From: Myxococcota bacterium
GTDB lineage: Bacteria; Myxococcota; JACRCW01
Length of the DNA: 45,054 nt
Assembly: GCA_040752415.1 (NCBI GenBank)
Contig: JBFMGU010000064.1
Span: 1-45,054, forward strand
Direction of reading: 5' to 3'
The position numbers and the translations under genes are program-made. Below are positions 9,421 to 18,829 of this stretch, piece after piece. Under the pieces are notes generated by a model that saw nothing but the letters and a program-made list of their open reading frames with translations, did not search any database and was not told where the DNA came from. Numbering within the stretch: position 1 is the stretch's first letter; every line of letters starts with the position of its first letter.

Positions 9421-11892
9421 TCAGGAGCCGCGCTCGCAGGAGATGATCGGGCTGGAGCAGTAGGGCGTGGAGCTGTTGTCGCAGATGGTGGGGCAGCCGC
9501 AGCGGATGCGGATGCGCAGCGTGTAGGGCGTGTCGCGGTCGCTGTCGTTGAGGCCGTTGTCCACCACCTCCACCCACAGGGGCCGGTCGTTGCACTGGTG
9601 CGCGTAGAGGCAGCGTCCCGCCGAGGGACCGAACACCTGGGTGCCCTGCGTGCCGGGGTTGTCGTCGACGTCCGCGAAGCAGCGCTCACCAATGCACACG
9701 CCGCCATTGGGGCACTCCAGGTTGGACGCACATCCGCCGCGACACACGCCGCCCTGCAGCCCATTGGGCCGGCACAGCTCCCCCTGACCGCACGCGCTGT
9801 CGTCGGAGCAGGTGACGCCGGTGGCCTCTCCGGTGTTGCGCTTGCACACGCCCATCCCCGGCCGCACGCGACAGCTCTGGTCATTGGGACAGTCGGTGTC
9901 GAACTGGCAGTCCAGGTTGGCGTTGATGCTGTCCTGCTCCTGCGCGAGCGAGAAGCTGCCGCGGAGATCCTGGCCCGAGGGCGGCTCACCGTCGGAAACG
10001 TAGACGAACGCGGTCAGCTCCACCGGGGTCTGCCCGTCGGTGGGCGTGAATGAGTACTCCACGTCCAGCTGGTAGAACCCGTCGGGGACCTCGAAGCGGT
10101 AGTAGTCGCGGTCGCCCTGGTAGCTCAGGTAGCCGGTCACCGTTTGCGTGGTCTCCTCGTAGCTGCCGCAGTCAATGGGCTGCGACAGGGGGTTGTCGCT
10201 GCCGCCATCCAGCGAGCCACGACCGAAACAACCCGCGCCCCCGTCGGGAACACCGCCGTCGGGGCCGGGGAGGACGGGGCAGGGCTCCGGGAGGTTGCCG
10301 GGGCCAATGGAGTCGTGCGGGAAGTACGCCAGGTCCTGCCCGCGCGAGTTGTTGTTGCTGGCGCCAATGCTGATGAGTGGCGTGGGCAGGTCGTCGGGCT
10401 CGTGCGTGTCGGGGTCGTCGACGATCTGCAGGGTCAGGGTGAACTGGCGCTCGTCGGCGGTGTCGGTGCCGTCGTCGGCGAGGGTGACGATGGGGTTGCG
10501 GCCACTGCGCAGCGGGTAGCGCACGCTGGCGGACACCGAGCCATCCTGCGCGGGCACCAGTCGACGGAAGATGCGCGGCTCCGTGCACTGCCGCTCGCCC
10601 TGGGGCGTGGCGGGATCGACGGGGGCGCACTCCTGCAGCTCACCGCCGGGGTTGCCACCGCACAGCCCGTTGGCCGCGCAGGGCTTGTGACAGAGGAAGC
10701 CGCCGCCTTCACGCACGCGGAAGGTGCACTCGGCGCTGGCGCTGCCGGAGAGGTACATCACGCTGTCCCAGACGGTGAGCGTGGGGATGAACATCGGGTC
10801 GCCGGTGCCGGCGGGAAGGCTCACGGTGACCTCGAGGAGCTTGCGGCCGGAAGCGGCGTCCGTGGCGGTGGGCACCACCACGAAATGATCTGCGTCGCCG
10901 ACGCTGGAGAGCGCGGGGCGCAGCGTCGTCGCGGTGGTGGGGTTCTGCACGGCGTAGGCGGTGGCCAGCGTGTCATTGCGACCGGGCAGGTTGCGCTCCA
11001 CCTCGTCGGGATCCTGGGCCACCTCGAGGATGAGCGTGTACTGGCCCTCGGGGCGGTAGTCGGCGGCGCCGGTGGGGTCGGCCACGGTGAGCTTGAAGGG
11101 GCCCGCCTGGCGGATGGAGATGTTGGCCTTGGCCTCGCGCGAGGCGCCGTCCGTCGTGGTGGGGAGCTCCTGCGGGGAGGTGTAGAGCGTGGTGCCGTCG
11201 CCCGCGGTCAGCGTGGCCACCGGCGTGCTCAATGACGTGGAGGAGGTGCGCAGCGTGAAGCGGATGATGGAGCCCTGCGTGGCGTCGAAGGTGTAGACGT
11301 CGACGTCGCCGGTGCTGGCGAGCCAGCCCTGGTTCCCGGCGGCGGTGATGTCCGCGGGGGTGGCGTTGGTGTCGACGTCATTGGGCTCGTGCGTGTCGGG
11401 CTCGGCGTGGAGCGTGACGCCCAGCGTGTAGGTGCCGGCGTTGTCTTCATCGTCACCGCCCACGTCCATGACCTGCAGGAAGTACGTGCTGTTGGGCTGC
11501 AGTTTGTGGACGCCGCGCAGGGAGGTGGGGCCGTCGCTGCCGTCCGTGTCGCGCAGGGAGGCCACCACGGAGCCGTTGGAGTCCATGACGCTGACGCTTA
11601 GGTCCACCGCGCTGAAGGCGCTCTCGCGCGTGAGCTGCACGTCGGCGAGCGTGTCGCCCGTGGTCGAGAAGCGCCAGTAGTCCTGGTCCTGCACGGGACA
11701 GATGGTCTCGCCGGCGGCGGCTTCCGAGACGTCACGCGCGGTGTCGCGGCTGAAGGACTTGTCCGGCACGCAGGAGCCCGGCGGAATGGATGCGTCGGCC
11801 GGGGTGGAAGTGGTGGTGCAGTGAATGCTCAACGCACCCACGCCCACGACGAGAAACAGGCGGGCCGCAATGCCATCCGTGCGCAAGGTCAT
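9421..11892 (-). CDS. mtsF: Cell-cohesion lipoprotein MtsF-like (PPC-type Ca-binding beta-sandwich repeats plus Cys-rich repeats)
   Basis: Lipobox SIHC; repeated DxHEPND and DxDY/F motifs (DQDYW, DVDVY, DADHF, DRDYY); CxxDxxCxxxxxC repeats; symbol rests on position after mtsC-D-E-like genes. Confidence 0.6.
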   Translation of the reverse strand: MTLRTDGIAARLFLVVGVGALSIHCTTTSTPADASIPPGSCVPDKSFSRDTARDVSEAAAGETICPVQDQDYWRFSTTGDTLADVQLTRESAFSAVDLSVSVMDSNGSVVASLRDTDGSDGPTSLRGVHKLQPNSTYFLQVMDVGGDDEDNAGTYTLGVTLHAEPDTHEPNDVDTNATPADITAAGNQGWLASTGDVDVYTFDATQGSIIRFTLRTSSTSLSTPVATLTAGDGTTLYTSPQELPTTTDGASREAKANISIRQAGPFKLTVADPTGAADYRPEGQYTLILEVAQDPDEVERNLPGRNDTLATAYAVQNPTTATTLRPALSSVGDADHFVVVPTATDAASGRKLLEVTVSLPAGTGDPMFIPTLTVWDSVMYLSGSASAECTFRVREGGGFLCHKPCAANGLCGGNPGGELQECAPVDPATPQGERQCTEPRIFRRLVPAQDGSVSASVRYPLRSGRNPIVTLADDGTDTADERQFTLTLQIVDDPDTHEPDDLPTPLISIGASNNNSRGQDLAYFPHDSIGPGNLPEPCPVLPGPDGGVPDGGAGCFGRGSLDGGSDNPLSQPIDCGSYEETTQTVTGYLSYQGDRDYYRFEVPDGFYQLDVEYSFTPTDGQTPVELTAFVYVSDGEPPSGQDLRGSFSLAQEQDSINANLDCQFDTDCPNDQSCRVRPGMGVCKRNTGEATGVTCSDDSACGQGELCRPNGLQGGVCRGGCASNLECPNGGVCIGERCFADVDDNPGTQGTQVFGPSAGRCLYAHQCNDRPLWVEVVDNGLNDSDRDTPYTLRIRIRCGCPTICDNSSTPYCSSPIISCERGS

Positions 11893-11951
11893 GATGAGTC
11901 TCCTTCAGATCGCAGACAGGAATGTCCGCGCCACAGAGCGGGGGGAAGCCT

Positions 11952-13562
11952 CTACCTGCCGCGACAGTGCTGTTCCGGATCGAACGCGAGCGGGTCGTAG
12001 AGGTCCGCTTCCGTCAGGGTCAGCTTTCCGTCGGGCGGGTCCTTGTAGTCCTGCTCGGCAATGTAGCGCGCCGTGACGCAGCCCACGCGGTACTGCGCCA
12101 CGTCACCGGGGTCATCCAGCGGAACCTCCGTGATGTACACGAAGATGCGGTTCAGACCCGGCCGCTCCCCCTCCGGTGCGTCCGTCGACGCCAGTCGGAT
12201 GTTCCCGACGTTGAAGTGGTAGCAGAAGCGCGTGCCCTGCAGTCCCTGGTCCTGCACCACGTAGCGGTAGCCCTGGTCGCTGAGGCGGGCGCTGTCATTG
12301 CTGCGCGGGTTGGAATGCCAGCGGATCTCGTCGCCATTGAGCGAGCCGTCGAAGTCCAGGTCCTGCGCGAGATCGTCGACGGAGCTCAGCGTGTCGAACC
12401 AGATCTCCACGGTGTCCGGCACGCCGTCAAAGTCGGTATCCACGCGCTTGGGCCGGGTGCCCAGGAAGCGCTCTTCACAGTCGCGCAGGCCATCTCCGTC
12501 GGAATCCACCTGGTCCACGTCCAGCGCGCAGTCCCCGTCCACGGGGTCCAACGGGTCCAACCCCGACGTGCGCAGCCGGTGCTCCAGCAGGTCATTGAAG
12601 AAGTCGTCGTCGGTGTCCACCTTGAGCGGGTCGCTGCCGATGGCATCCTCCTCGGCGTCGGTGAGGCCGTCTCCGTCGCTGTCCACCACCTCGTCGCCGG
12701 TGCTGGGGCGCGCGTTGAGGTTGGCCACCAGCAGGCTCTTGAGGGTGTAGAGGCGGCGGTAGCTGGTGACGTCGAAGGCCAGGAAGTTGATCTCACCGCC
12801 ATTCGCAAAGTCCCGGAACACACCGCCGCCACGACGTGCCATCTGGATCATCACGTTGCGCGCCTGCTCGCGGATGTCGGCGCGGTTGATGCCGCCGGAC
12901 AGGAGCGCGGTGTTGAACTGCACCTCCCGCAGCCGGAAGCGCTTCTTCAGCTCCACGATGTTGTCGATGAGGTCGTTGATGCTCTCCCCCTCCTGCGTGG
13001 CGGCTGCGTCGAGATCGGCCAGACCGTCGGAGAAGAAGATGATGACATAGCGCGCGTTGCCGGCGTCCTGCTCGTCGAGCAGCGACATGTCGCGGAAGAG
13101 CATGGTGTACGCCGTCGACAACGCAGCGCCGAAGTCGGTGTTGCCGGCGCCAGGGTTGCCGGTGCGCAGCGCGCCATTGCGAGCGACCTCGACGCTGTCG
13201 GTGAAGCCGGGCACGCAGTTGGTACGCGGGGTGAGGCTCTCACAGCGCTCGGTTTCCGGCGTGGTGGACAGGCCAAACCCAACGATGCCGAACTCCACGC
13301 CCGGCGTGGCGCCCAAGGTGGAGATGGCGTCGAGCATGCCCCGCACGCGGTCGTCGTTGGGGTCGGAGACGTTCATGGACTGGCTGCGGTCCACGATGAA
13401 GAGGAGCTTGACGGGGAAGTTCAGCGTCTCGGGGTCGGTGGTGCAGAAGTCACCTTCCATGGAGACGCGGTCGTCGCGCTTGGCGGGGTCGGGCTGGGGG
13501 GCGGGCACCAGGGTGGCCTTGGTGCACGACGTCAGCAACAGGAGCGGAAGGAGCCGTCTCAT
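11952..13562 (-). CDS. mtsE: VWA-domain lipoprotein with DxDGDG Ca-binding repeats (MtsE-like)
   Basis: Start MRRLLPLLLLTSC at ATG 13562 overlapping the upstream stop (ATGA); MIDAS DRSQS...TDF...FFSDG; DSDGDGLTDAEE repeats; symbol by gene order. Confidence 0.65.
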   Translation of the reverse strand: MRRLLPLLLLTSCTKATLVPAPQPDPAKRDDRVSMEGDFCTTDPETLNFPVKLLFIVDRSQSMNVSDPNDDRVRGMLDAISTLGATPGVEFGIVGFGLSTTPETERCESLTPRTNCVPGFTDSVEVARNGALRTGNPGAGNTDFGAALSTAYTMLFRDMSLLDEQDAGNARYVIIFFSDGLADLDAAATQEGESINDLIDNIVELKKRFRLREVQFNTALLSGGINRADIREQARNVMIQMARRGGGVFRDFANGGEINFLAFDVTSYRRLYTLKSLLVANLNARPSTGDEVVDSDGDGLTDAEEDAIGSDPLKVDTDDDFFNDLLEHRLRTSGLDPLDPVDGDCALDVDQVDSDGDGLRDCEERFLGTRPKRVDTDFDGVPDTVEIWFDTLSSVDDLAQDLDFDGSLNGDEIRWHSNPRSNDSARLSDQGYRYVVQDQGLQGTRFCYHFNVGNIRLASTDAPEGERPGLNRIFVYITEVPLDDPGDVAQYRVGCVTARYIAEQDYKDPPDGKLTLTEADLYDPLAFDPEQHCRGR

Positions 13563-15445
13563 GGATTCACCGGCGTCAGCTGCGGGCCCCAGCACTTGTC
13601 CAGCGCGCCTGGAAGCAGCGTGCTCTTCACCTCGGCATCGCGCAGCCGACGGTACGTCCCGTCGACGGGCTCCTTGAAGTCCGGCGAGATGTACCGGCCG
13701 CGGAAGCACGCCAGGCGCATGAAGGTCTGTCCGGTGGCATTGTCCTCGGGCGCTTCGATTTCCACGAGGTGGAGATCGTTCCAGCCCGGCTGGTTCACGC
13801 CGTCGCGGCCCACCGTGCTCATGAGCTGGATGTTGCGCGCCTGGAAGCCGAAGCACTGTCGACGATCCACCGTCTGCCCCTGGTCCTGCAGCGTGTAGCG
13901 GTACGAGGCGCGCTCCCGGGCCTTGGGGTCGTCAATGCGCGGGTTGGTGTGGCGACCCACCTCCTCGCCGTTGGCCACGCCGTCAAAGTCGTAGTCCAGC
14001 TCGGCGTCGGGCTTCAGGGGATCCAGGTCAAAACGCAGCTCCAGCCCGTCGGGAATGGCGTCGTGATCGGTATCCGCGTCCAGCGGATTGGTGCCCAGCA
14101 TGAGCTCCTCGCACTCCTCGAGGAGATCCAGGTCGTCGTCGTTGCGGAGGGTGCAGGGAGAGTAGGGCGCCTGGGCGTTGCGACCGTCCAGACCGCGGTC
14201 CCGCATGCGCCACTCGATGAGATCGCGGTAGCCGTCCCCGTCGGAATCCGCGCGCAGGGAGTGCAATCCTTCCGCGTCCTCCAGCGCGTCATCCAGGCCG
14301 TCTCCGTCGCTGTCCACCAGCGGGCCTTCCGCGCCGGGCGCCGCATTCAGGTTCACCACGAACGCGCGACGCAGCCCGAAGGTGCGCTTCACGCTGTTGA
14401 AGTCGAACTTGAGGAAGTCCAGGTCCGCGGCGTTGCGCGCTTCCACGTAGGTGCCGCCGCCAATCCGCGCCATCTCGGTGAGGCGGGCGCTGGAGGTGTC
14501 GTAGTTCACCTGCACAATGGCCTGCACCGCGGGCGGGAGGTTGGGGTTGTAGAGGAGCACGGTGTGGAACTGGAACGCGCCCACCTCGAAGGTGTTGGCC
14601 AGATCCACGATGTCACGCATGAGCTGGTCGATCTGGTAGCCGCGGTTGTAGCTCCCGTTCCCGTCGTAGTCGTCGCGGTTGCCGTCGCCGTTGGCGTCGA
14701 AGAGGCCGGCGTATGCGTCGGCGAAGCGGCCCACCAGGTTGGGGTCGGTGAGGTTGCAGATGGGGAGCTCCTGCTGGCCCTCACAGTAGCGCTGCTCGAA
14801 GATGAGCCCGCCGAGGTTGGTGCTGGGCGGGGGTGGGTCGGGGTTGCCGTTGGCGTCGCAGGTGAAGGGCGTGGCGCTGTCGGGTTGCGCGGTCTCCTCC
14901 TCACATGGGCAGCACACCGGGCTGGGCTGTCCGTCGGAGAAGAAGATCACCACGTACTTGGTGTTGCGGACGATGTTCCCTGACGCCGTCATGTCCGCCA
15001 GCAGCGTGGAGTACGCGCGGGAGAGGGCGGCCTGGTAGTCGGTCTGCACCTCGGCGAGCTGGAGCTGCGTGTCGCTGATGTCCACCGGGTTGGCGAAGAG
15101 CTGGTCGTCGGGGACCTGGGCCAGGTCGGGGGATTGGTAGAGCAGGGAGTTGAACTGGATGATGTTGAAGCTCACGGCCGGGTCGCCTTCATAGCGACTC
15201 AGCAGTGCGCGCACGGCGGAGACGCGCAGGCCTCCCTCGTCGAGGAATTGCAGGGAGCCGGAAGCGTCCATCACGAGCATGATCTTGACGGGGAAGATCT
15301 GCTGCTCGGGCTCGGCGGTGCAGAAGTCAGCCTCGACCGTCACCCGGTTGTCGACGGCCTGACGCGTCTCCGCGCGGGGCGTCTCCAGCCTTTCATTGGT
15401 GCAGGAGGCAAGCAGGACCAGCAGGGCCAGTCGTGCACTCTTCAT
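13559..15445 (-). CDS. mtsD: VWA-domain lipoprotein with DxDGDG Ca-binding repeats (MtsD-like)
   Basis: Lipobox LASC; MIDAS DASGS...TDY...FFSDG; DSDGDGLDDALE repeats; directly downstream of the mtsC-like gene. Confidence 0.7.
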   Translation of the reverse strand: MKSARLALLVLLASCTNERLETPRAETRQAVDNRVTVEADFCTAEPEQQIFPVKIMLVMDASGSLQFLDEGGLRVSAVRALLSRYEGDPAVSFNIIQFNSLLYQSPDLAQVPDDQLFANPVDISDTQLQLAEVQTDYQAALSRAYSTLLADMTASGNIVRNTKYVVIFFSDGQPSPVCCPCEEETAQPDSATPFTCDANGNPDPPPPSTNLGGLIFEQRYCEGQQELPICNLTDPNLVGRFADAYAGLFDANGDGNRDDYDGNGSYNRGYQIDQLMRDIVDLANTFEVGAFQFHTVLLYNPNLPPAVQAIVQVNYDTSSARLTEMARIGGGTYVEARNAADLDFLKFDFNSVKRTFGLRRAFVVNLNAAPGAEGPLVDSDGDGLDDALEDAEGLHSLRADSDGDGYRDLIEWRMRDRGLDGRNAQAPYSPCTLRNDDDLDLLEECEELMLGTNPLDADTDHDAIPDGLELRFDLDPLKPDAELDYDFDGVANGEEVGRHTNPRIDDPKARERASYRYTLQDQGQTVDRRQCFGFQARNIQLMSTVGRDGVNQPGWNDLHLVEIEAPEDNATGQTFMRLACFRGRYISPDFKEPVDGTYRRLRDAEVKSTLLPGALDKCWGPQLTPVNP

Positions 15446-15503
15446 GGGACCGCTCCGACGACCCGCCTCGGGAATGGTGCGGGGACGTCCGAGATTACAC
15501 GAA

Positions 15504-15540
15504 GCCCCGCGCCGGCGGGAGGACTACGCCAGCGCGGGGC
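15504..15540 (-). terminator. GC-rich hairpin after mtsC (weak intrinsic terminator or mRNA stabiliser)
   Basis: gccccgcgccggcg-N9-cgccagcgcggggc; followed on the minus strand by TTCGTGT. Confidence 0.55.
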
Positions 15541-15561
15541 CCGTGGGTTACTGCACGACCT

Positions 15562-16902
15562 TCAGCGACGGCGGCGGCGGACCGCGAGCGCCATCAGACC
15601 AAGCACCGTCAGGACCGGGGCGGTGTTGGTGGAGCTGCTGCAGCCCATGGTCAGCGGGTTGGGGGGCAGCAGGATGGGGTCGCCCTCAACCTTGATGGTC
15701 ATGGTCTTGACGTCGTTGCGCTTGGGGTAGCCCTTGACGTCGTCAAACACCAGCTCGCTCTCCAGGCGGATGACGAACTCACCCGGCTCATTGGACATGA
15801 ACGTGGACACGCGGTTGGTCTGGTAGTGGTACTCCCACGGCGTGCTGTGCGTGACGGAGCCGCGCGGGTTCTTGATGGCCCAGTTGCGGCTGCCCTCCGG
15901 CGCCTTCTCCATGCCCCAGGTGTACTTGATGGCCGTCTCGCTGCGGTTGGCGAAAAGGCGCAGCCGCACCGTCTCACCGGTCTTGATGGTGATGTCCGGA
16001 CCCGGGCGGGAGTGGAACGGACCGTCGGGATCCAGGCAGCGGTCGGAGGCGGGGCTGTCCACCGTGAAGCAGAACTTGCTGTCGCAGCCGTCGCCCAGGC
16101 CGTCGCGGTCACCGTCCACCTGCGTGGGGTTGCGGTCCAGGCGGCAGTTGTCGGAGATGTTGGGCACGCCGTCGTTGTCCAGGTCGGCGTCGCACACGTC
16201 ACCAATGCCGTCCAGGTCCTTGTCCGCCTTGTCCAGCGAGGCGAGGTTGGGGCAGTTGTCAAAGTTGTCCGGCGTGCCGTCCTGGTCCTCATCCTGCGCG
16301 CACGCTGCGCCGAACGTGGTGCGGTCCGTGGGGTCCTGGCCCGGGTTGTTCACCAGCGGGCAGTTGTCCACGGTGTCCAGCACGCCGTCGGCGTCGTCGT
16401 CGTCGTCGCACATGTTGCCCTGGCCGTCGCCGTCAACGTCATCACCACCGTTGACCTGCGCCGGGTTGGGGAACAGGTCGCAGTTGTCCAGCGTGTTGTC
16501 CAGGCCGTCGTTGTCGGCGTCGACGTCGCAGCCGTCGCCGTCGAGGTCGCCGTCGGCGTTGCTCTGCAGCGGGTTGGAGGAGCTGCGGCAGTTGTCGCAG
16601 TTGTCACCGAAGCCGTCGCCGTCGAGGTCACCCTGCTCCGCGTTGGGGGAGAAGGGGCAGTTGTCAAAGTCGTCTTCCCAGCCGTCGTCGTCAAAGTCGT
16701 CGGCGTACTGGTAGGTGTCACCCAGGTCCGTGTTGTTGATGAGGATGGAGCCGCCGCCGCAGCCGCAGCCACCACCGCCGGACTGATTGGGCGTGCCGCA
16801 CGCACCACCCGCGCACTCAGCGTTCTGCGCGCGCGCCGCGGGGGCCGCCAAAGCCAGCGCCAGAACCGCGCTCAAACACCAGCCAAACCGGATTGCGTTC
16901 AT
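15562..16902 (-). CDS. mtsC: Thrombospondin type-3 repeat MYXO-CTERM cell-cohesion protein MtsC
   Basis: Signal peptide ending ARA-Q; many DNCPxxxNxxQxDxDGDGxGDxCD repeats; C-terminus GCSSS-hydrophobic helix-RRRRR. Confidence 0.85.
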   Translation of the reverse strand: MNAIRFGWCLSAVLALALAAPAARAQNAECAGGACGTPNQSGGGGCGCGGGSILINNTDLGDTYQYADDFDDDGWEDDFDNCPFSPNAEQGDLDGDGFGDNCDNCRSSSNPLQSNADGDLDGDGCDVDADNDGLDNTLDNCDLFPNPAQVNGGDDVDGDGQGNMCDDDDDADGVLDTVDNCPLVNNPGQDPTDRTTFGAACAQDEDQDGTPDNFDNCPNLASLDKADKDLDGIGDVCDADLDNDGVPNISDNCRLDRNPTQVDGDRDGLGDGCDSKFCFTVDSPASDRCLDPDGPFHSRPGPDITIKTGETVRLRLFANRSETAIKYTWGMEKAPEGSRNWAIKNPRGSVTHSTPWEYHYQTNRVSTFMSNEPGEFVIRLESELVFDDVKGYPKRNDVKTMTIKVEGDPILLPPNPLTMGCSSSTNTAPVLTVLGLMALAVRRRRR

Positions 16903-17093
16903 TGTGTCCTCCGTCCTTGGGGCCTGCGGTCCACAGGCCGCCCGAGCCGAGCCCTGTCATTGCGAGGACCGGGCCAACCTCACCCGCGGGTGCCCGGCGC
17001 GATCATCGTGGGCCAGAATGCCTTTGAATTCAATCATTTATCGACGGGTGGGATCTCCACCGCGTGGTGTCCCCGGGTCGGTCAAGAGGGGGG

Positions 17094-17186
17094 TGTGGAG
17101 TGAAGTCCCCAATCGAGCGGATCCTCGCGGTGGCGGATGTGGAGTGGAGTCCCCAGAGGCGGGGAGGGTGGGGAGAGATGTCCACA
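17094..17186. promoter_or_regulatory. Three copies of palindromic TG[T/G]GGA-N6-TCC[C/A]CA, putative operator sites
   Basis: 17094 TGTGGAgtgaagTCCCCA; 17138 TGTGGAgtggagTCCCCA; 17169 TGGGGAgagatgTCCACA; located in the divergent intergenic region. Confidence 0.5.
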
Positions 17187-17217
17187 GGGGGAGGCAGTGG
17201 CTTGTCAGGCGCGGCGG

Positions 17218-17469
17218 GCGAACACCTAACCCCCCCACGTTCAGCCCGTTCAGCTCGCTCGCCCCCCTTCCCCACACCCGTGGTTTCCGTCGTCACCCGG
17301 CTTGGGGAAGGGGGGCAATCGGTGAGCCCGCAACGCGATACCGACGAGAAAACGCATCCGCGCCCGAACGCGTGCCCCCCTTCCCCGGCTCGGTGACGAC
17401 GGGAAAACGGTTCTGGGGAAGGGGGGCGAGCGAGCGCAGCGGCTCGAACGTGGGGGGTTAGGTGTTCGC
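17218..17469. repeat. ~250 bp imperfect palindrome (REPIN/MITE-like) containing four CCCCCCTTCCCC motifs in alternating orientation
   Basis: gcgaacacctaacccccccacgttc...gctcgctcgccccccttcccc (17218-17273) pairs with ggggaaggggggcgagcgagc...gaacgtggggggttaggtgttcgc (17415-17469); inner arms tttccgtcgtcacc / ggtgacgacgggaaa also pair. Confidence 0.8.
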
Positions 17470-17494
17470 GGCATCGCGTGTACACTGCGCCGCC

Positions 17495-18829
17495 ATGAAG
17501 ACCTTCTCCTCTCATGTGGTGCTGGTTGTGGCGTGGTTTGGCGTGGCGTGCGCGCCCGGTCCGGTGGGCGGTCGCTCCGACGGTGGCAGCGCTCCCGACG
17601 CGGGTGAGCCGCCAGCGTTCGGCTTCAACTTCGGTGAGCCCGTCAACGTGGGCCCCGACGATCCCAGCGGCAACGGCGGTCTGGGCCTGGCCGTCTCCGA
17701 CTCCGGGGAGATCAGCGTCCTCTACTTCATTGACCTCGAGACCACGCAGGAGTGCGTCACCAACTTTGACACCAAGCAGGTGGCGGAGAGCCAGCTCAAG
17801 CTCGCGCGCGGCGACGGAGAGACGTTCACCGTGAGCGTCGTCGACACCACGCGCAGCGCCGACGGCGTGAGCGCCGCTTACGACAACAACGGGAACCTGC
17901 AGGTGGCCTACGTCGGCGGACCCAACGGGACGGGCTCCTGCGCCGCCAGTGACCTCCTCCTCGCGAGCTACACCGGCGCCTCACCCGCCATCAGCACCCT
18001 GGCCGCCGACAGCGCGGGCAGCGGGACCTGCCGGCTGCAGCAGAACGCGTGCAACACCGGGAACGTCGTCGGGCGCTTCGTGTCCCTGGCGTTCAACGAC
18101 GACAACCAGCGCTTCATCTCCTTCCAGGACACCCATTTCGATTTCTCCGTGGAAACCGACTTCGAAGGCGCCGACCTCGAGGTTCTCGTCGACGGGACGC
18201 GCTACACCGTGGATGACTCGTCGGGCGCGGGCAACCAGGGATCCATGTTCGTGGGGGAGGGCGGGCGCGCGGCGGTGGCGCACGTGGTGATCGTCGACCA
18301 CACCTTCGAGGGGGAGGAGAAGGCCAAGGGCGTGTGGCTCGCGCAGCAGAATGAGGACAACACCTGGGAGAGCGTGCTGGTGGACGGCAACGTGGTGCCA
18401 ACGAACCAGATTGGCGGCGCTTTCCACGCCACGCGCGGCTACGCCATTGCCTACCAGCACCCCGTCGACAAGGACCTCCTGCTCGCCACCAGCGTCGACG
18501 GGACCACGTGGAACAAGACGCAGGTGGACCGCCTTGGCAACGTGGGTGCCACGCCCGCGGTGGCGTTCCACGGCGACCGCATCGTCATCGCGTACAACGC
18601 TTGCTCCGGAGCCCAGGACACCGGCGGAAACTGCAACCCGGCGCGCGACGGGGTGCGCCTTGCAGTCGAGGACAACGGGGAATGGAACGTCCAGACCGTG
18701 TTCAATGACCCCGACTTCATCGAGGGCACCGACGTACGTATGGCGGTGGCGTCGGACAACAGCCTCGTGGTGGCGTTCAAGAGCCAGGGCACGCGCAAGG
18801 TGAAGGTGGTGCGCGGTACGCCGCGTTGA
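17495..18829 (+). CDS. Secreted lipoprotein, probable beta-propeller
   Basis: Lipobox GVAC; recurring four-strand blades (SLAFNDDNQRFISF, LLLATSVDGTTWNKTQVD, PAVAFHGDRIVIAY). Confidence 0.7.
   Translation: MKTFSSHVVLVVAWFGVACAPGPVGGRSDGGSAPDAGEPPAFGFNFGEPVNVGPDDPSGNGGLGLAVSDSGEISVLYFIDLETTQECVTNFDTKQVAESQLKLARGDGETFTVSVVDTTRSADGVSAAYDNNGNLQVAYVGGPNGTGSCAASDLLLASYTGASPAISTLAADSAGSGTCRLQQNACNTGNVVGRFVSLAFNDDNQRFISFQDTHFDFSVETDFEGADLEVLVDGTRYTVDDSSGAGNQGSMFVGEGGRAAVAHVVIVDHTFEGEEKAKGVWLAQQNEDNTWESVLVDGNVVPTNQIGGAFHATRGYAIAYQHPVDKDLLLATSVDGTTWNKTQVDRLGNVGATPAVAFHGDRIVIAYNACSGAQDTGGNCNPARDGVRLAVEDNGEWNVQTVFNDPDFIEGTDVRMAVASDNSLVVAFKSQGTRKVKVVRGTPR

Noticed and set aside
13563..13856. N-terminal extension of the 11952..13856 ORF (likewise 21351, 29351, 31956 and 37207 starts)
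   Set aside because: Overlaps neighbouring genes; downstream starts give proper signal peptides, RBS or ATGA coupling
16080..16720. DNA tandem repeats in mtsC
   Set aside because: Explained by protein-level thrombospondin type-3 repeats
17094..17469. CRISPR array
   Set aside because: Repeats are short, irregularly spaced or inverted, and there are no cas genes
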